Assembly (NCBI GenBank): GCA_041489255.1
Contig: JBGPQV010000015.1
Span: 1 to 61,987 of the forward strand
Source of the DNA: Thermoplasmata archaeon
GTDB lineage: Archaea; Thermoplasmatota; Thermoplasmata; RBG-16-68-12; JAFNFQ01
Reading direction: 5' to 3'
DNA length: 61,987 nt
Below the pieces are notes generated by a model. That model saw only the letters and a list, made by a program, of their open reading frames with translations, was not told where the DNA came from and ran no database searches. Position 1 is the stretch's first letter. Every line of letters begins with the position of its first letter. The position numbers were made by a program, and so were the translations under genes. Shown here one piece after another: positions 9,628-19,110 of the stretch.

Positions 9628-10353
9628 GTGATGTTTGTAGGGACTTGCGGCTTCCCGAAGTCGAAGGCAGAGTTCTTCGGCAGGCTGCAGGCGGTCGAGA
9701 TCCAAGACAGCTTCCACAAGCACGTCGACCCCGCCATCGCGAAGAGGTGGCGGCGGGACTCGCCCAAAGGCTTCCTCTTCTCGGTCAAGGCCTCGCAGCT
9801 TATCACCCATGACCCGTCGTCGCCCACCTACCGCAAGAGCGACATCACGTTGGACTCGAGGTCTGCCGCCATGTACGGCTCGTTCAAGCCGACCAGGGAG
9901 GTCGTTGCGGCATGGAGGAAGACGGAGGAGACGTGCAGGATCCTCGACGCGAGGGCGGTCCTCTTTCAGACCCCCGCATCGTTCGGACCGACGGAGGCGA
10001 ACATCGAGAACGTCGGGAAGTTCATGCAGAGGGCCGAGACGAAGATGATCAGGGCATGGGAGCCGCGCGGCGGCTGGCCCCGGGAGTACGTCGAGGAGAT
10101 ATGCTCCCGCCACAGGCTCATCCACTGCATCGACCCGTTCGCCGGGGAACCGGTGACAACAAAGGTCGCCTACTTTCACCTCCACGGCAAGCCCCCAGGC
10201 GGCCGCAACTATTACTACACTTACAGCGACCAGGAGCTCTCCTCCCTCCGCGACAAGTGCGCTGCCTTCGACGAGGTCTACGTCTTCTTCAACAACATCT
10301 CCATGTTCGAGGACGCCGTCAGGTTCAGGGGGCTCTCCGGTGTTCAGGGATAG
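9628..10353 (+). CDS. DUF72-domain protein
   Basis: VGTCGF, VEIQDSF, FSVKASQLITH, LFQTPASF, WEPRG, YFHLHG, YVFFNN. Confidence 0.9.
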   Translation: MMFVGTCGFPKSKAEFFGRLQAVEIQDSFHKHVDPAIAKRWRRDSPKGFLFSVKASQLITHDPSSPTYRKSDITLDSRSAAMYGSFKPTREVVAAWRKTEETCRILDARAVLFQTPASFGPTEANIENVGKFMQRAETKMIRAWEPRGGWPREYVEEICSRHRLIHCIDPFAGEPVTTKVAYFHLHGKPPGGRNYYYTYSDQELSSLRDKCAAFDEVYVFFNNISMFEDAVRFRGLSGVQG

Positions 10354-10987
10354 GGAGCACGCGGGCGAGATGCTCTCTCGGGTCCTCAAGAGGTACCAGG
10401 GCGCGCACGCCGCGGTCGTCGCCGTGCCGAGGGGAGGCATCCCCGTCGGCTTCTCCATTGCCAGGAGCCTGCAGGTCCCCCTTGACGTCGTGATCCCCCG
10501 GAAGCTGCCGATACCCGAGGAGCCCGAGGCTGGTTTCGGCGCCGTCACCGCTGACGGGAGCATCGTCCTGAACGACAGGCTCGTGGCGCAGCTCAACCTG
10601 CCCCCCAAGACGATAGACGCGATAGTCAAGGAGGTGCGGCGGGAGGTCGAGAGGCGCGAGGCTGTCTACCGCCAGGCCGGTCCGCGCGTCGACCTGAGCG
10701 GGAGGACCGTTGTGCTCGTCGACGACGGCCTCGCGTCGGGGTACACCATGCTCGCGGCGATCAAGTCAGTCAGGAATGGCGGCCCGAAGAAGGTCGTCGT
10801 GGCGGTGCCGTGCTCGCCTACCAGGTCGGTCGACCTCGTGACCCCGCATGTCGACGAGATCTACTGCCTGATAAGGAGCGATGAGCCGATCTTCGCCGTC
10901 GCCTCCTACTACGAGGATTTCGCCGACCTCTCCGACGAGCAGGTGCTCGATTACCTGAGAAAGGCGGCGAGCCTTCTGCGTGGATGA
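10340..10987 (+). CDS. Phosphoribosyltransferase family protein
   Basis: FRDR..AG, VPRGGIPVG and the PRPP-binding motif VLVDDGLASGYT. Confidence 0.9.
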   Translation: MFRDREHAGEMLSRVLKRYQGAHAAVVAVPRGGIPVGFSIARSLQVPLDVVIPRKLPIPEEPEAGFGAVTADGSIVLNDRLVAQLNLPPKTIDAIVKEVRREVERREAVYRQAGPRVDLSGRTVVLVDDGLASGYTMLAAIKSVRNGGPKKVVVAVPCSPTRSVDLVTPHVDEIYCLIRSDEPIFAVASYYEDFADLSDEQVLDYLRKAASLLRG

Positions 10988-11064
10988 GGCCTGCTATCGG
11001 AAACGATAACTATGGGCAAAGATATTCATCCGCCGCTCCGAGTGAGGAAGCAGGGATTTCTTTG

Positions 11065-12666
11065 TTGGCGAAAAAGGGCATTCCAGCAGAAGTGCTAAAG
11101 TTCTTCCAGACGCCCGGCGGGCACTCCGTCATCGTCAAGGGCTCCGCGGGCACGGGGAAGACCACGTTCGCCCTGCAGCTCACGGAGGAGCTCGGCGGCA
11201 TCAACTCGAGCTATTACATGAGCACGAGGGTCTCCGACACGACGCTGTACAACCAGTTCCCGTGGCTCAAGGACCGCGTCAGGGCGGGCGAGAACATGGT
11301 CGCCGGCCGTCACTACTCGAGGATGCTCGGGCAGGAGCAGGTCCTGGTCGAAGCGGGGACGCAAATCTCCCTGGAGATGAGGATCCTCGGGGAGAAGACG
11401 CAGTCCAAGGCTGTCAACGCAAGCGGGAAGAAGGTGGACAGGACGGAGCTTCAGAAGCTCGAGGGCCGAATCGAGATGGGCGAGGAAGGGGAGGACGAGG
11501 AGTACAAGGGGGTCGGCGAGGGCGAAGTGAAGGAGGACAGCCTGATATTCGACCTCGGCTCGGACCTGCCGGAGATCGACATGGCCTACGACGCCGTCGA
11601 GAAGAACCTCCCCGAGAGGACCCTCGTCGTGATCGACAGCATAGACGCCCTGAGCGAGAGGTACGGCCTTTCATCTTCCAAACTGATCAACGTTCTCCAG
11701 AAGGACCTCGTCGAGAGCTCGATGGCGAACGTCCTCTACGTCCTGGAGAACAGCGGGGAGACGAAGCTGGACTACCTCGGAGACGGCGTGATAATGTTCA
11801 GGAGCGACGAGTACGGGGGGCGCAGGCTCAGGACGATGTCGATCGAGAAGCTGCGCGGGAGCGAGGTCAGGCAGCACAAGTACATCTACACCCTGGATGG
11901 CGGGAGGCTGAGGGCATTCGAGTCGTCTCGTCACAGCCGCCCCGCGGAGACGTCGAATTGGTCCGCGGTCCCTGACCCCTCGAAGGAATGCGTGTCGACG
12001 GGGCACGTCGCGATCGATGCGCTGATCGGCGGGCTCAGGGAAGGTGGACTGGGCGCCCTTGAGATCGGGGCGAACGTCCCGACAGAGTTCGTCGACGAGC
12101 TGAGGACGGGCCTGATATGCAACTTCGCGACCATGGGCCGCGGAGTCGCGCACGTTCCGCCGGGGAAGGCCGGCGCGGAAAGCGTCAAACAGATGGCGGG
12201 CAGGTACCTCGCCGAGGGCGTCTTCGACAAGCGAGTCCGCGTGTTCGAGTCGACGCCGATGGGCACGCTCGAGGAGTCGAAGAGCGCGATACACGTCGAG
12301 GGGTCGAACATAGACACCGACCTGAAGTGGAACAACGTCGAGTACCACCTCCCGAGCGCGAAGCACCCGTTCCTCTCTCTCATGGCCTTCGACACCCTCG
12401 AGTCGGTCTACGGCCCGAGCGTCCTGGAGGGAATGTCCGGACACATAGCCGCAGTGCGCAGGAGCAAGGACATCTTCATCGGGACAAGCACCGCCACGAC
12501 CGCCTCGAACCAGAAGCTCGCGGACCTCGCGAGCGTGCACATCAAGCTGCAGATCGTGGCGGGCACCGTCCTGCTCTACTGCGAGAAGCCCTACACGGAG
12601 ATCTACCACTTGGCGTTCGATTACTCCGGTGGATTCCCGCAGGTCGTGCTCACGCCGCTCGTGTAG
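11065..12666 (+). CDS. GvpD-like / KaiC-RAD55 superfamily ATPase with two RecA-fold domains, the second degenerate
   Basis: GHSVIVKGSAGTGKTTFAL, MSTRVS....QFPW, VVIDS, LDYLGDGVI, IEKLRG; TTG start inferred. Confidence 0.8.
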   Translation: MAKKGIPAEVLKFFQTPGGHSVIVKGSAGTGKTTFALQLTEELGGINSSYYMSTRVSDTTLYNQFPWLKDRVRAGENMVAGRHYSRMLGQEQVLVEAGTQISLEMRILGEKTQSKAVNASGKKVDRTELQKLEGRIEMGEEGEDEEYKGVGEGEVKEDSLIFDLGSDLPEIDMAYDAVEKNLPERTLVVIDSIDALSERYGLSSSKLINVLQKDLVESSMANVLYVLENSGETKLDYLGDGVIMFRSDEYGGRRLRTMSIEKLRGSEVRQHKYIYTLDGGRLRAFESSRHSRPAETSNWSAVPDPSKECVSTGHVAIDALIGGLREGGLGALEIGANVPTEFVDELRTGLICNFATMGRGVAHVPPGKAGAESVKQMAGRYLAEGVFDKRVRVFESTPMGTLEESKSAIHVEGSNIDTDLKWNNVEYHLPSAKHPFLSLMAFDTLESVYGPSVLEGMSGHIAAVRRSKDIFIGTSTATTASNQKLADLASVHIKLQIVAGTVLLYCEKPYTEIYHLAFDYSGGFPQVVLTPLV

Positions 12667-12782
12667 CCTCCATGACTGCCCCGCCGCACCGACATCCTAT
12701 GGAGAAAATCGGCATGGCGAGTTCTATCAGCCCCGATAACCGTATCCAAAAGACCTTTAATAGCCAGGCGAATCTGAACCAG

Positions 12783-13127
12783 ATGAGGGAGAAACACATT
12801 TCGCGTCTCCTCACCGATGAGTACGCTGAGCGAATCCTCGTCGCGACGCACGACCGCCCGAGGTCGGTCCAGGATGTCAGCAACAAGGACGACATCCCCA
12901 TCGCCGCTTGCTACCGCAAGGTGCACGAGCTAGAGGAGCTGGGCCTGCTGCATTGCGCCGAGATCGTCACGACGCCGAAGGGCAAGACGATGAAGCTGTA
13001 CAGGTCGCAGCTCAAGACCGCCACGCTGATCTACGAGAAAGGCGTCTTCAAGGTCCGCCTTGAGTTCAACTACGACCGGGACATAAACGGGAAATGGATC
13101 GAGCTCAACCCCGTTGTCACGGTGTGA
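12783..13127 (+). CDS. Winged-helix (ArsR-like) transcriptional regulator, paralog 1
   Basis: LLTDEYAERIL...IPIAACYRKVHELEELGLL; TTTAATA box upstream. Confidence 0.85.
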   Translation: MREKHISRLLTDEYAERILVATHDRPRSVQDVSNKDDIPIAACYRKVHELEELGLLHCAEIVTTPKGKTMKLYRSQLKTATLIYEKGVFKVRLEFNYDRDINGKWIELNPVVTV

Positions 13128-13153
13128 TAATCAAGCCCAATACTGTTTTCGCG

Positions 13154-13183
13154 CCGTGATAATCACGGGAGATAATTTATATA
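13154..13183 (+). promoter_or_regulatory. Perfect palindrome CCGTGAT-A-ATCACGG next to TATA box TTTATATA
   Basis: Palindrome at 13154-13168, TATA at 13176-13183; a second GTGATAATCA at 13124-13133. Confidence 0.6.
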
Positions 13184-13234
13184 GCCGCTGAGGCCATTTT
13201 ATCCTCAGCAGTCGAGGATGAGCGGGGAATCACC

Positions 13235-13597
13235 TTGGAGGACGCAAAACTAACCCCATTGGAAGCGTCGCAATTGTTGACTGACGAGTACAGCGCCAAG
13301 ATCCTTTTGGCGACGTACAAGCGCAGGATATCAGCGCAGGAGATCAGCCAGCGCTACGGGATCCCGATAGCGGCGTGCTACCGCAAGATCAGGGTCCTGG
13401 AGCAGGTAGGGCTGATCGAGTGCGTCGACAGGATCCTGACGCAGAAGGGGAAGAGGAAGAACCTCTACACCTCCCGCCTCAAGAACGCCTACGTGTTCTT
13501 CGAAAACGGGCACCTCCGTGCGAGGTTCCAGCTCGCCACGGGCATCGTCAAGGACTTCGGCGGGGACTGGAACGGCCTGGAGCTCCTAAGGCAGTAG
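13235..13597 (+). CDS. Winged-helix (ArsR-like) transcriptional regulator, paralog 2
   Basis: LLTDEYSAKIL...IPIAACYRKIRVLEQVGLI; clearly paralogous to 12783-13127. Confidence 0.88.
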   Translation: MEDAKLTPLEASQLLTDEYSAKILLATYKRRISAQEISQRYGIPIAACYRKIRVLEQVGLIECVDRILTQKGKRKNLYTSRLKNAYVFFENGHLRARFQLATGIVKDFGGDWNGLELLRQ

Positions 13598-13637
13598 GCC
13601 GCCTGAAGCGGAATCCGCGCAACGAGGTTCATTCGGC

Positions 13638-13659
13638 CGATTATCATGGAGGATAATCG
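13638..13659. promoter_or_regulatory. Inverted repeat CGATTATC-N6-GATAATCG (candidate operator)
   Basis: Same GATAATC half-site as at 13124-13168; lies upstream of a TTTATTA box and a small ORF. Confidence 0.45.
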
Positions 13660-13707
13660 CCGCCCATTCTTTATTAGATTCGCGGACCAGTCTACTCCGG
13701 CTCCACC

Positions 13708-13845
13708 ATGAAAATCCGGTTCCACAAGATTCTGTCTGAGGGGAGAAGCGTCCGCTACGAGCCAAAGCAGGGGGACAAGGACGAGATCCTCGACCTCAAC
13801 ATAATCGTCTCAAAAGAGAACCTCACGAGGAAGGGGAAGATCTAG
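13708..13845 (+). CDS. Small protein, 45 aa (below the ORF-track cutoff)
   Basis: MKIRFHKILSEGRSVRYEPKQGDKDEILDLNIIVSKENLTRKGKI; host-like G/C third positions; TATA-like box upstream. Confidence 0.5.
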   Translation: MKIRFHKILSEGRSVRYEPKQGDKDEILDLNIIVSKENLTRKGKI

Positions 13846-14210
13846 GCCCGCCCTGGAAACATCCTTGCGCTGGTCCACACGTTCTTCAGCGACGCAAGAA
13901 TCAGGCCGATCCCTGTGAGCGCCAGCGGATATGCCAGCCACGACGGCGACAGGGAACCGAGGGGCCACGTGAGGGAAAGGGCGTAGAGGATCAAGCCGAC
14001 CATCAGGAGCAAGCTCGATGTCGTGCTGCGCGCCCGCAGATGACCCCCTGCCCTGCGTCCCGCGCGGCTCAGGCCATTGGTGTTGCCCGTGCGCTTCCCC
14101 GCATCTCGCGCGGCCAGAGGCCGTTCCTGCGATGTGAGCGCTGAGGTTGACGAAGACAACATGTGAGTGAGGCACTCTTGCCCGCAAGCACTTTTCGGAG
14201 CAATTATCAT
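13842..14210 (-). CDS. Small two-TM membrane protein (start uncertain)
   Basis: Hydrophobic segments LLLMVGLILYALSLTW and WLAYPLALTGIGLILASL. Confidence 0.4.
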   Translation of the reverse strand: MIIAPKSACGQECLTHMLSSSTSALTSQERPLAARDAGKRTGNTNGLSRAGRRAGGHLRARSTTSSLLLMVGLILYALSLTWPLGSLSPSWLAYPLALTGIGLILASLKNVWTSARMFPGRA

Positions 14211-14268
14211 TCATGAGAAGCTCAACCTGTTCGATGATTTTATCATTGAAGCTGTCCTTCCCTCCGCG

Positions 14269-15525
14269 ATGGCCGATGTCGTGGTCCCCTGGCTGCAGCT
14301 GACCATCCTGCTGACAGTCGCGACCGCGAGCCACTTCGCCTTCAAGCGCTTCCAGCTGCCCACGATCGTCGGCGAGATTCTCATCGGGATCATCCTCGGA
14401 CCGAGCCTGCTCGGCCAGCTCCTCGCCCCCGGAAACGGCGGGTACTTCTTCGATCCGATGTTCACGGGCATCTTCGCCGCCCTGGGCGCGATCGTCCTGC
14501 TCTTCATCATCGGCCTCGACTCGGACATCACGGCAATCTACTCGAGGAGGAACATCGCGATCGCGGCGGGCGGCGTCATCCTCCCTTGGCTGAGCGGATA
14601 CTTCCTCACTGACTTCATGCTGCCGAACGAGTCGTTCGCGGCGAAGGTGTTCATCGGGGCGATGCTCGTCGCGACGAGCGTTGCCGTGACGGCGGCGGTG
14701 CTGCTGGAGATGAACGCATTGAAGACGGACGTGGCGAAGACGCTCATCGGGGCCGCCGTGGTCGACGACGTCCTCGGCCTGATCGTCCTCTCGGTGTCCA
14801 TAGGCCTATCCAGAGGGACGTTCAGCGCGGTCAACGTCGTGCTGCTCGTCGCCGGCGCGCTGCTGTTCATCGGCGTCGGCGCCTTCGTGGGGATCAGGTA
14901 TTCGACTCGGCTCGTGAACTGGGCGGAGCGCAGGGGGCAGAGGTCCGGCCTGAAGCACACGGGCTTCACGCTCGGGCTCGGCCTCACCTTCCTCTACGCC
15001 TTCTTGGCCAACTACGCAGGACTACATCCGATCGTGGGGGCGTTCCTGGCGGGGGCCGCGTTCTCCAAGTCCGCGGTGACCGAGGACTTCAAGCAGGGCG
15101 CGGAGTACCTCGGCGCCATCTTCACGCCGATATTCTTCGTGTCCATCGGCATCCAGGTGAACCTAGTCACTCTGTGGGACCAGCTGACTCGCGACTCGAG
15201 CCTTCTCATCTTCGGCCTCGCGCTCACGGCCGTGGCGATCGCGAGCAAGGTCATCGGGTGTTGGATACCCGCCGAGCTGGGCAAGATGTCCCGCGGCAAG
15301 AGCATCGCCATCGGGGTCGGCATGGCTCCGAGGGGAGAGGTCGGCCTGGTGATAGCGGCCACTGCCATTAGCCTCGCGGTGATATCCCCCGCGCTCTACA
15401 GCATCGCGGTGCTCGTCATCGTGCTGACCACTGTGCTCCCGCCGCCCGTCTTCCGGCGCTGTCTCAGGCGTTGCTTGAAAGAGGAACTGCAGGCGCAACT
15501 CGCAAGCATGGAAAAGTCGACCTAA
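14269..15525 (+). CDS. Cation:proton antiporter (CPA2/KefB-NapA type)
   Basis: P.IVGEIL.GIILGPS, ATSVAVT, AAVVDDVLG, IVGAFLAG, GMAPRGEVG. Confidence 0.92.
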   Translation: MADVVVPWLQLTILLTVATASHFAFKRFQLPTIVGEILIGIILGPSLLGQLLAPGNGGYFFDPMFTGIFAALGAIVLLFIIGLDSDITAIYSRRNIAIAAGGVILPWLSGYFLTDFMLPNESFAAKVFIGAMLVATSVAVTAAVLLEMNALKTDVAKTLIGAAVVDDVLGLIVLSVSIGLSRGTFSAVNVVLLVAGALLFIGVGAFVGIRYSTRLVNWAERRGQRSGLKHTGFTLGLGLTFLYAFLANYAGLHPIVGAFLAGAAFSKSAVTEDFKQGAEYLGAIFTPIFFVSIGIQVNLVTLWDQLTRDSSLLIFGLALTAVAIASKVIGCWIPAELGKMSRGKSIAIGVGMAPRGEVGLVIAATAISLAVISPALYSIAVLVIVLTTVLPPPVFRRCLRRCLKEELQAQLASMEKST

Positions 15526-16088
15526 ATCTGCACTTCGACGACCTCGCCGTCCACGACGTCGACCCCTATCAGCGTCTTGATCCGCACGCCAAGCTCGCTC
15601 TCGAGCTCGCGCTTTCTCCTCGTCTTCTCGAAGACGATGACGATGTCGTGTATCTCGGCCCCGATCCCGCGGAGCGCCTTGACCACCGCCCTCAGGCTCC
15701 CGCCGGTGCTGACCACGTCGTCCACGAAGGTCACCCTGTCCCCCTTCCCGATGTTGTTGATGTACAGCTTCTTCTCCGAGTAGCCGGTGACCTGCTGGAC
15801 CGAGACCTCGCCCGGCAGGCCGTACTGCCTCTTGCGGATGAAAACGTATGGCACCCCTGTCTCCACGGAGAGCAGCGCCGCCAGAGGGAAACCCATCGAC
15901 TCGATCGTGATTATCTTGTCGCACCTGAAGTCGCCGACCCTGCGCATCTCGTCCACGACCTCCGAGAGCATCTTCGGGTCGCCCAGCGGGATGCCGTCGG
16001 TGATCGGGTGCACGAAGTAGTTGTACTCGCCGAATTTCACGACAGGGCAGTCCTTGAGACTCGCCCTCAGCCTGCCCAGTCTATCCAT
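15522..16088 (-). CDS. hpt: Archaeal hypoxanthine/guanine phosphoribosyltransferase
   Basis: YNYFVHPITDGIP, IESMGFP, IRKRQYGLPGE, TGYS, VDDVVSTGGS. Confidence 0.85.
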   Translation of the reverse strand: MDRLGRLRASLKDCPVVKFGEYNYFVHPITDGIPLGDPKMLSEVVDEMRRVGDFRCDKIITIESMGFPLAALLSVETGVPYVFIRKRQYGLPGEVSVQQVTGYSEKKLYINNIGKGDRVTFVDDVVSTGGSLRAVVKALRGIGAEIHDIVIVFEKTRRKRELESELGVRIKTLIGVDVVDGEVVEVQI

Positions 16089-17346
16089 GAGATGCCCTCC
16101 TCGCCACGTCGAGTGCGGCAGATGAGGCCTTCTCCAGAATCTCCTCCTCTCCCTCGACTTGTCTATTCATCATGAGAACCTTGCCATCGCAGATGAGAGT
16201 GTCAACGCAATCTCCGGACGCCGCGTAGACCAGGTTGGAGTAGAGATCGTGATTCGGCACCATGAACGCCCTGCGCAGGTCCACCAGGATCAGGTCGGCG
16301 AGCGCCCCCTCCTCGACCCTCCCGCAATCGAGCCCGAGCGCTCTCGCGCCGCCGAGCGTCCCCATGTCCCAGACTTCCTTCGCAGGCGCGGCGGTCTGGT
16401 CATTTGATGCGAACTTATGGAGGAGCGAGGCGAACTTGAGCGTCTGGAACATGTCCAGGCTGTTGTTCGATGCCGCGCCATCGGTGCCGAGGGATAGGGG
16501 CACACCCGCGCGCCTCAGCTCCGCATAGGGCATCGCCTTCCCCACCGCGAGCTTCATGTTCGAGATTGGGTTGTGGACCACGTTCGCCCTTGTCCTGGCC
16601 AGCGCGGCGATCTCCGTGGAGTCGAGCCAGACGCCGTGCGCCATCACGCACCTGTCGTTCAGGAATCCGAGGTCCTCGAGGTACTTGGCGGGGGACTTCC
16701 CCGTCTCTGCCTTGCATTCCTCGACCTCCTTCTGCGTCTCGCTCAGGTGCATGTGCAACAGGTAGCCCGTCTCGTCGGAGAGCTGCTTGAGCGCCCTCAG
16801 GGACTCCTGCGACACGGTGTAGACTGCGTGAGGGCCCCAGGCGGGGACGATCCTCGTGCAGCGCATCGCGGCGATCTTCTCCGTCACCGCCTTCGTCTTC
16901 TTCAGTTCCTCCCCGCTCGCCTCTCTGTCCCTCATGTCGATGAAGCCCTCCGACAGCACGGCGCGCAACCCAATCTCCTGCACCGCCTTCGCCGCCATGT
17001 CCATGTGGAAGTACATGTCGTTGAAGCACGTCGTGCCGGACTTGATCATCTCCAGACAGGCGAGCTTCGTGCCCCAGTAGATGTCCTCCGGCCTGAGCTT
17101 CGCCTCGGCCGGCCAGATATTCGTCTGCAGCCAGTCCTGGAGCTTCATGTCGTCCGCGTAGCTCCTGAACAGCGTCATCGCGGCATGCGTGTGGACGTTG
17201 ACCAGGCCGGGGAGCAGAGCCTTGTTCTTTCCATCGATGACTGTGTCCGCCTCGACCTTCTTGCCGATCTCCCTGATGCGCTCCCCCTCGATGTAGACCG
17301 ACTCGACCCTGCCGTCGAGCAGCGCGTCTTTGATCAGGATGCTCAA
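16081..17346 (-). CDS. mtaD: MTA/SAH (5'-deoxyadenosine) deaminase, amidohydrolase family
   Basis: PGLVNVHTHAAM, GTTCFNDMY, GPHAVYT, HMHLSET, HNPISNMKLA, LGTDGAASNN. Confidence 0.88.
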   Translation of the reverse strand: MSILIKDALLDGRVESVYIEGERIREIGKKVEADTVIDGKNKALLPGLVNVHTHAAMTLFRSYADDMKLQDWLQTNIWPAEAKLRPEDIYWGTKLACLEMIKSGTTCFNDMYFHMDMAAKAVQEIGLRAVLSEGFIDMRDREASGEELKKTKAVTEKIAAMRCTRIVPAWGPHAVYTVSQESLRALKQLSDETGYLLHMHLSETQKEVEECKAETGKSPAKYLEDLGFLNDRCVMAHGVWLDSTEIAALARTRANVVHNPISNMKLAVGKAMPYAELRRAGVPLSLGTDGAASNNSLDMFQTLKFASLLHKFASNDQTAAPAKEVWDMGTLGGARALGLDCGRVEEGALADLILVDLRRAFMVPNHDLYSNLVYAASGDCVDTLICDGKVLMMNRQVEGEEEILEKASSAALDVARRASHG

Positions 17347-18065
17347 GCCAACATCTCCACCGCGGCGCGCATCGCGCGATCCAGCCTGCCCGCGTTCTCC
17401 TTCTGCCGGCGGACTATCTCCTCGTAGGTGAGGACCTCGGACGTTATGCCGTTGCAGTAGTTATCGACCGTGCAGAGAGACGCATATCCGATGTCGACCT
17501 CGCAGGCGAGCGTCGCCTCGGAGGCCATCGTCATCCCGAGCACGTCCCCGTAGTCCTTGAAGAACCTGATCTCCGCCCTCGTCTCCAGGCGCGGACCTGA
17601 GGTCTGTATGTAGGTCCCGCCGTCGTGGACGGTCGCGCCCGCCTTTGCGGCCGTTGTCTTCAGGACCCGCCTGAGCCCCGCGTCGAGCACCGGCGTCGCG
17701 TGGTGCACATCCTGTCTGAGCGTGGGTATGTTCCAGAATCCGAGGAAATCGTCCGGGACGACGAACTCGCCAGGCCTGATGTTCTTCTTCAGGGACCCGG
17801 TCGAGGACGAGGCGAGGATGTGCGAGACGCCCTCCCTCTTCAGCGCATGGATGTTCGCCTTGTGGTTGATCAGGTTTGCGGGGATGGTGTGCTTCCTCCC
17901 GTGGCGGGGGATGAAGGCGACGCGAAGCTCGTCGACCTCGCCTATCTGCAGACGGTCGGACGGCTCGCCGAAGGGCGTCCTCATGATCTTCTCGCTCACC
18001 TTGTCGAAGAATGAAGCCTCGTATAGCCCAGAGCCGCCGAGGATCCCCAGGACCTTGACCTTCAC
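17343..18065 (-). CDS. MTAP/MTIP-family purine nucleoside phosphorylase
   Basis: GILGGSG, TPFG.PS, PRHG..HTIP, GPRLET.AE, GMTMASEA, VDNYCNG; in an operon with mtaD and hpt. Confidence 0.88.
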   Translation of the reverse strand: MKVKVLGILGGSGLYEASFFDKVSEKIMRTPFGEPSDRLQIGEVDELRVAFIPRHGRKHTIPANLINHKANIHALKREGVSHILASSSTGSLKKNIRPGEFVVPDDFLGFWNIPTLRQDVHHATPVLDAGLRRVLKTTAAKAGATVHDGGTYIQTSGPRLETRAEIRFFKDYGDVLGMTMASEATLACEVDIGYASLCTVDNYCNGITSEVLTYEEIVRRQKENAGRLDRAMRAAVEMLA

Positions 18066-18229
18066 GCGCGCTGCAAGGCCCTGTTTTGTCATAAATCTTT
18101 GCGGGGACCGAGGGAGCGTTCCCTGACACGAAGCCAGTTCTCCCGTTCTATGGAGTGCTCGATATCAGCCTCGATTCTGTTCGCGATACGTATATGTGGC
18201 AAACTGGGGTAGTTCAGAGCTGACAAAGC

Positions 18230-18763
18230 ATGATGCCGTTCCTCCTCCTCGTCGCAGGCGAGGATGAGCTATTCCAATCGTTGCTATTCGGGCGCCGCAA
18301 GGAGCCGGAGGAGGGCAGGTCGTACATCATCAAGGAGAGGAAGCCCGACGGCGCGATGAGCCACTTCGTCAAGATGATCGGGCGCGGCTATTCTGGCCTG
18401 GTAATCACCCGCCAGCACCCCGATAACGTGCTGAGGAAGTACAACCTCAATGGAGTGCGGCTGGTGTGGCTCTCGACCACGCTGGGGAAGGACTACATCG
18501 ACCCGCACAACCTGAGCAGCATAACGAACGTGGCCGGGCTCTTCCTGCAGGACAGCGGCAAGAGCGCGATGCTCCTCGACGGCATCGAGTACCTCATGGT
18601 CCACAATGACTTCGGGCGCGTGCTCAAGTTCGTGGAGTACCTGAACGAGCTGGTGATGCAGCGTCAGGCGGTCCTCTTCATATCCCTGGACGACAGGGCA
18701 TTCGAGCCGCGGCAGATCGCCCTCCTCGAACGAAACGCGGCGGTGCTCGACACAGTAAGTTGA
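18230..18763 (+). CDS. DUF835-domain protein (inactive KaiC-like fold)
   Basis: SYIIKE, GLVITRQHP, VWLS, LLDGIEYLMVHNDF, IALLER. Confidence 0.85.
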   Translation: MMPFLLLVAGEDELFQSLLFGRRKEPEEGRSYIIKERKPDGAMSHFVKMIGRGYSGLVITRQHPDNVLRKYNLNGVRLVWLSTTLGKDYIDPHNLSSITNVAGLFLQDSGKSAMLLDGIEYLMVHNDFGRVLKFVEYLNELVMQRQAVLFISLDDRAFEPRQIALLERNAAVLDTVS

Positions 18764-18891
18764 ACGGAGCCGGGTCGCATCGTTCTCATTGGCACGCATC
18801 ATCTCGCAACACTTATATACGGCACCCTTATACGCAAGAAATCGAGCGCGCTCCGGGGACGTGGTGGCAAAGTCTCTCGGGAGGAAAAACG

Positions 18892-19059
18892 ATGGAAGAG
18901 TCGCTTGTAAACGTCGAGTTCCTGAAGAGTTCGAACAACTTCATCGCCCGCATCCAGAGCGAGCTGGGCGGCCTCAGGGAGTACAAGGCAGGCAACTTCG
19001 AGGAGGTCCTGGAGCAGGTCATCATCGACCTCCAGGAAGAGTTCGAGGGTTCCGGCTGA
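18892..19059 (+). CDS. Small conserved-looking hypothetical protein (55 aa)
   Basis: GGAGG SD, TTATATA box upstream, host-like codons; MEESLVNVEF...LQEEFEGSG. Confidence 0.65.
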   Translation: MEESLVNVEFLKSSNNFIARIQSELGGLREYKAGNFEEVLEQVIIDLQEEFEGSG

Positions 19060-19110
19060 GGAGAGCTTCTCCCCGCCAAAGCTAATTATCACCGAGCATG
19101 TAGCGGCGCC

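Noticed and set aside
11065-12666. Gas-vesicle cluster
   Set aside because: Only a GvpD-like ATPase; no gvpA or other gvp genes in the window.
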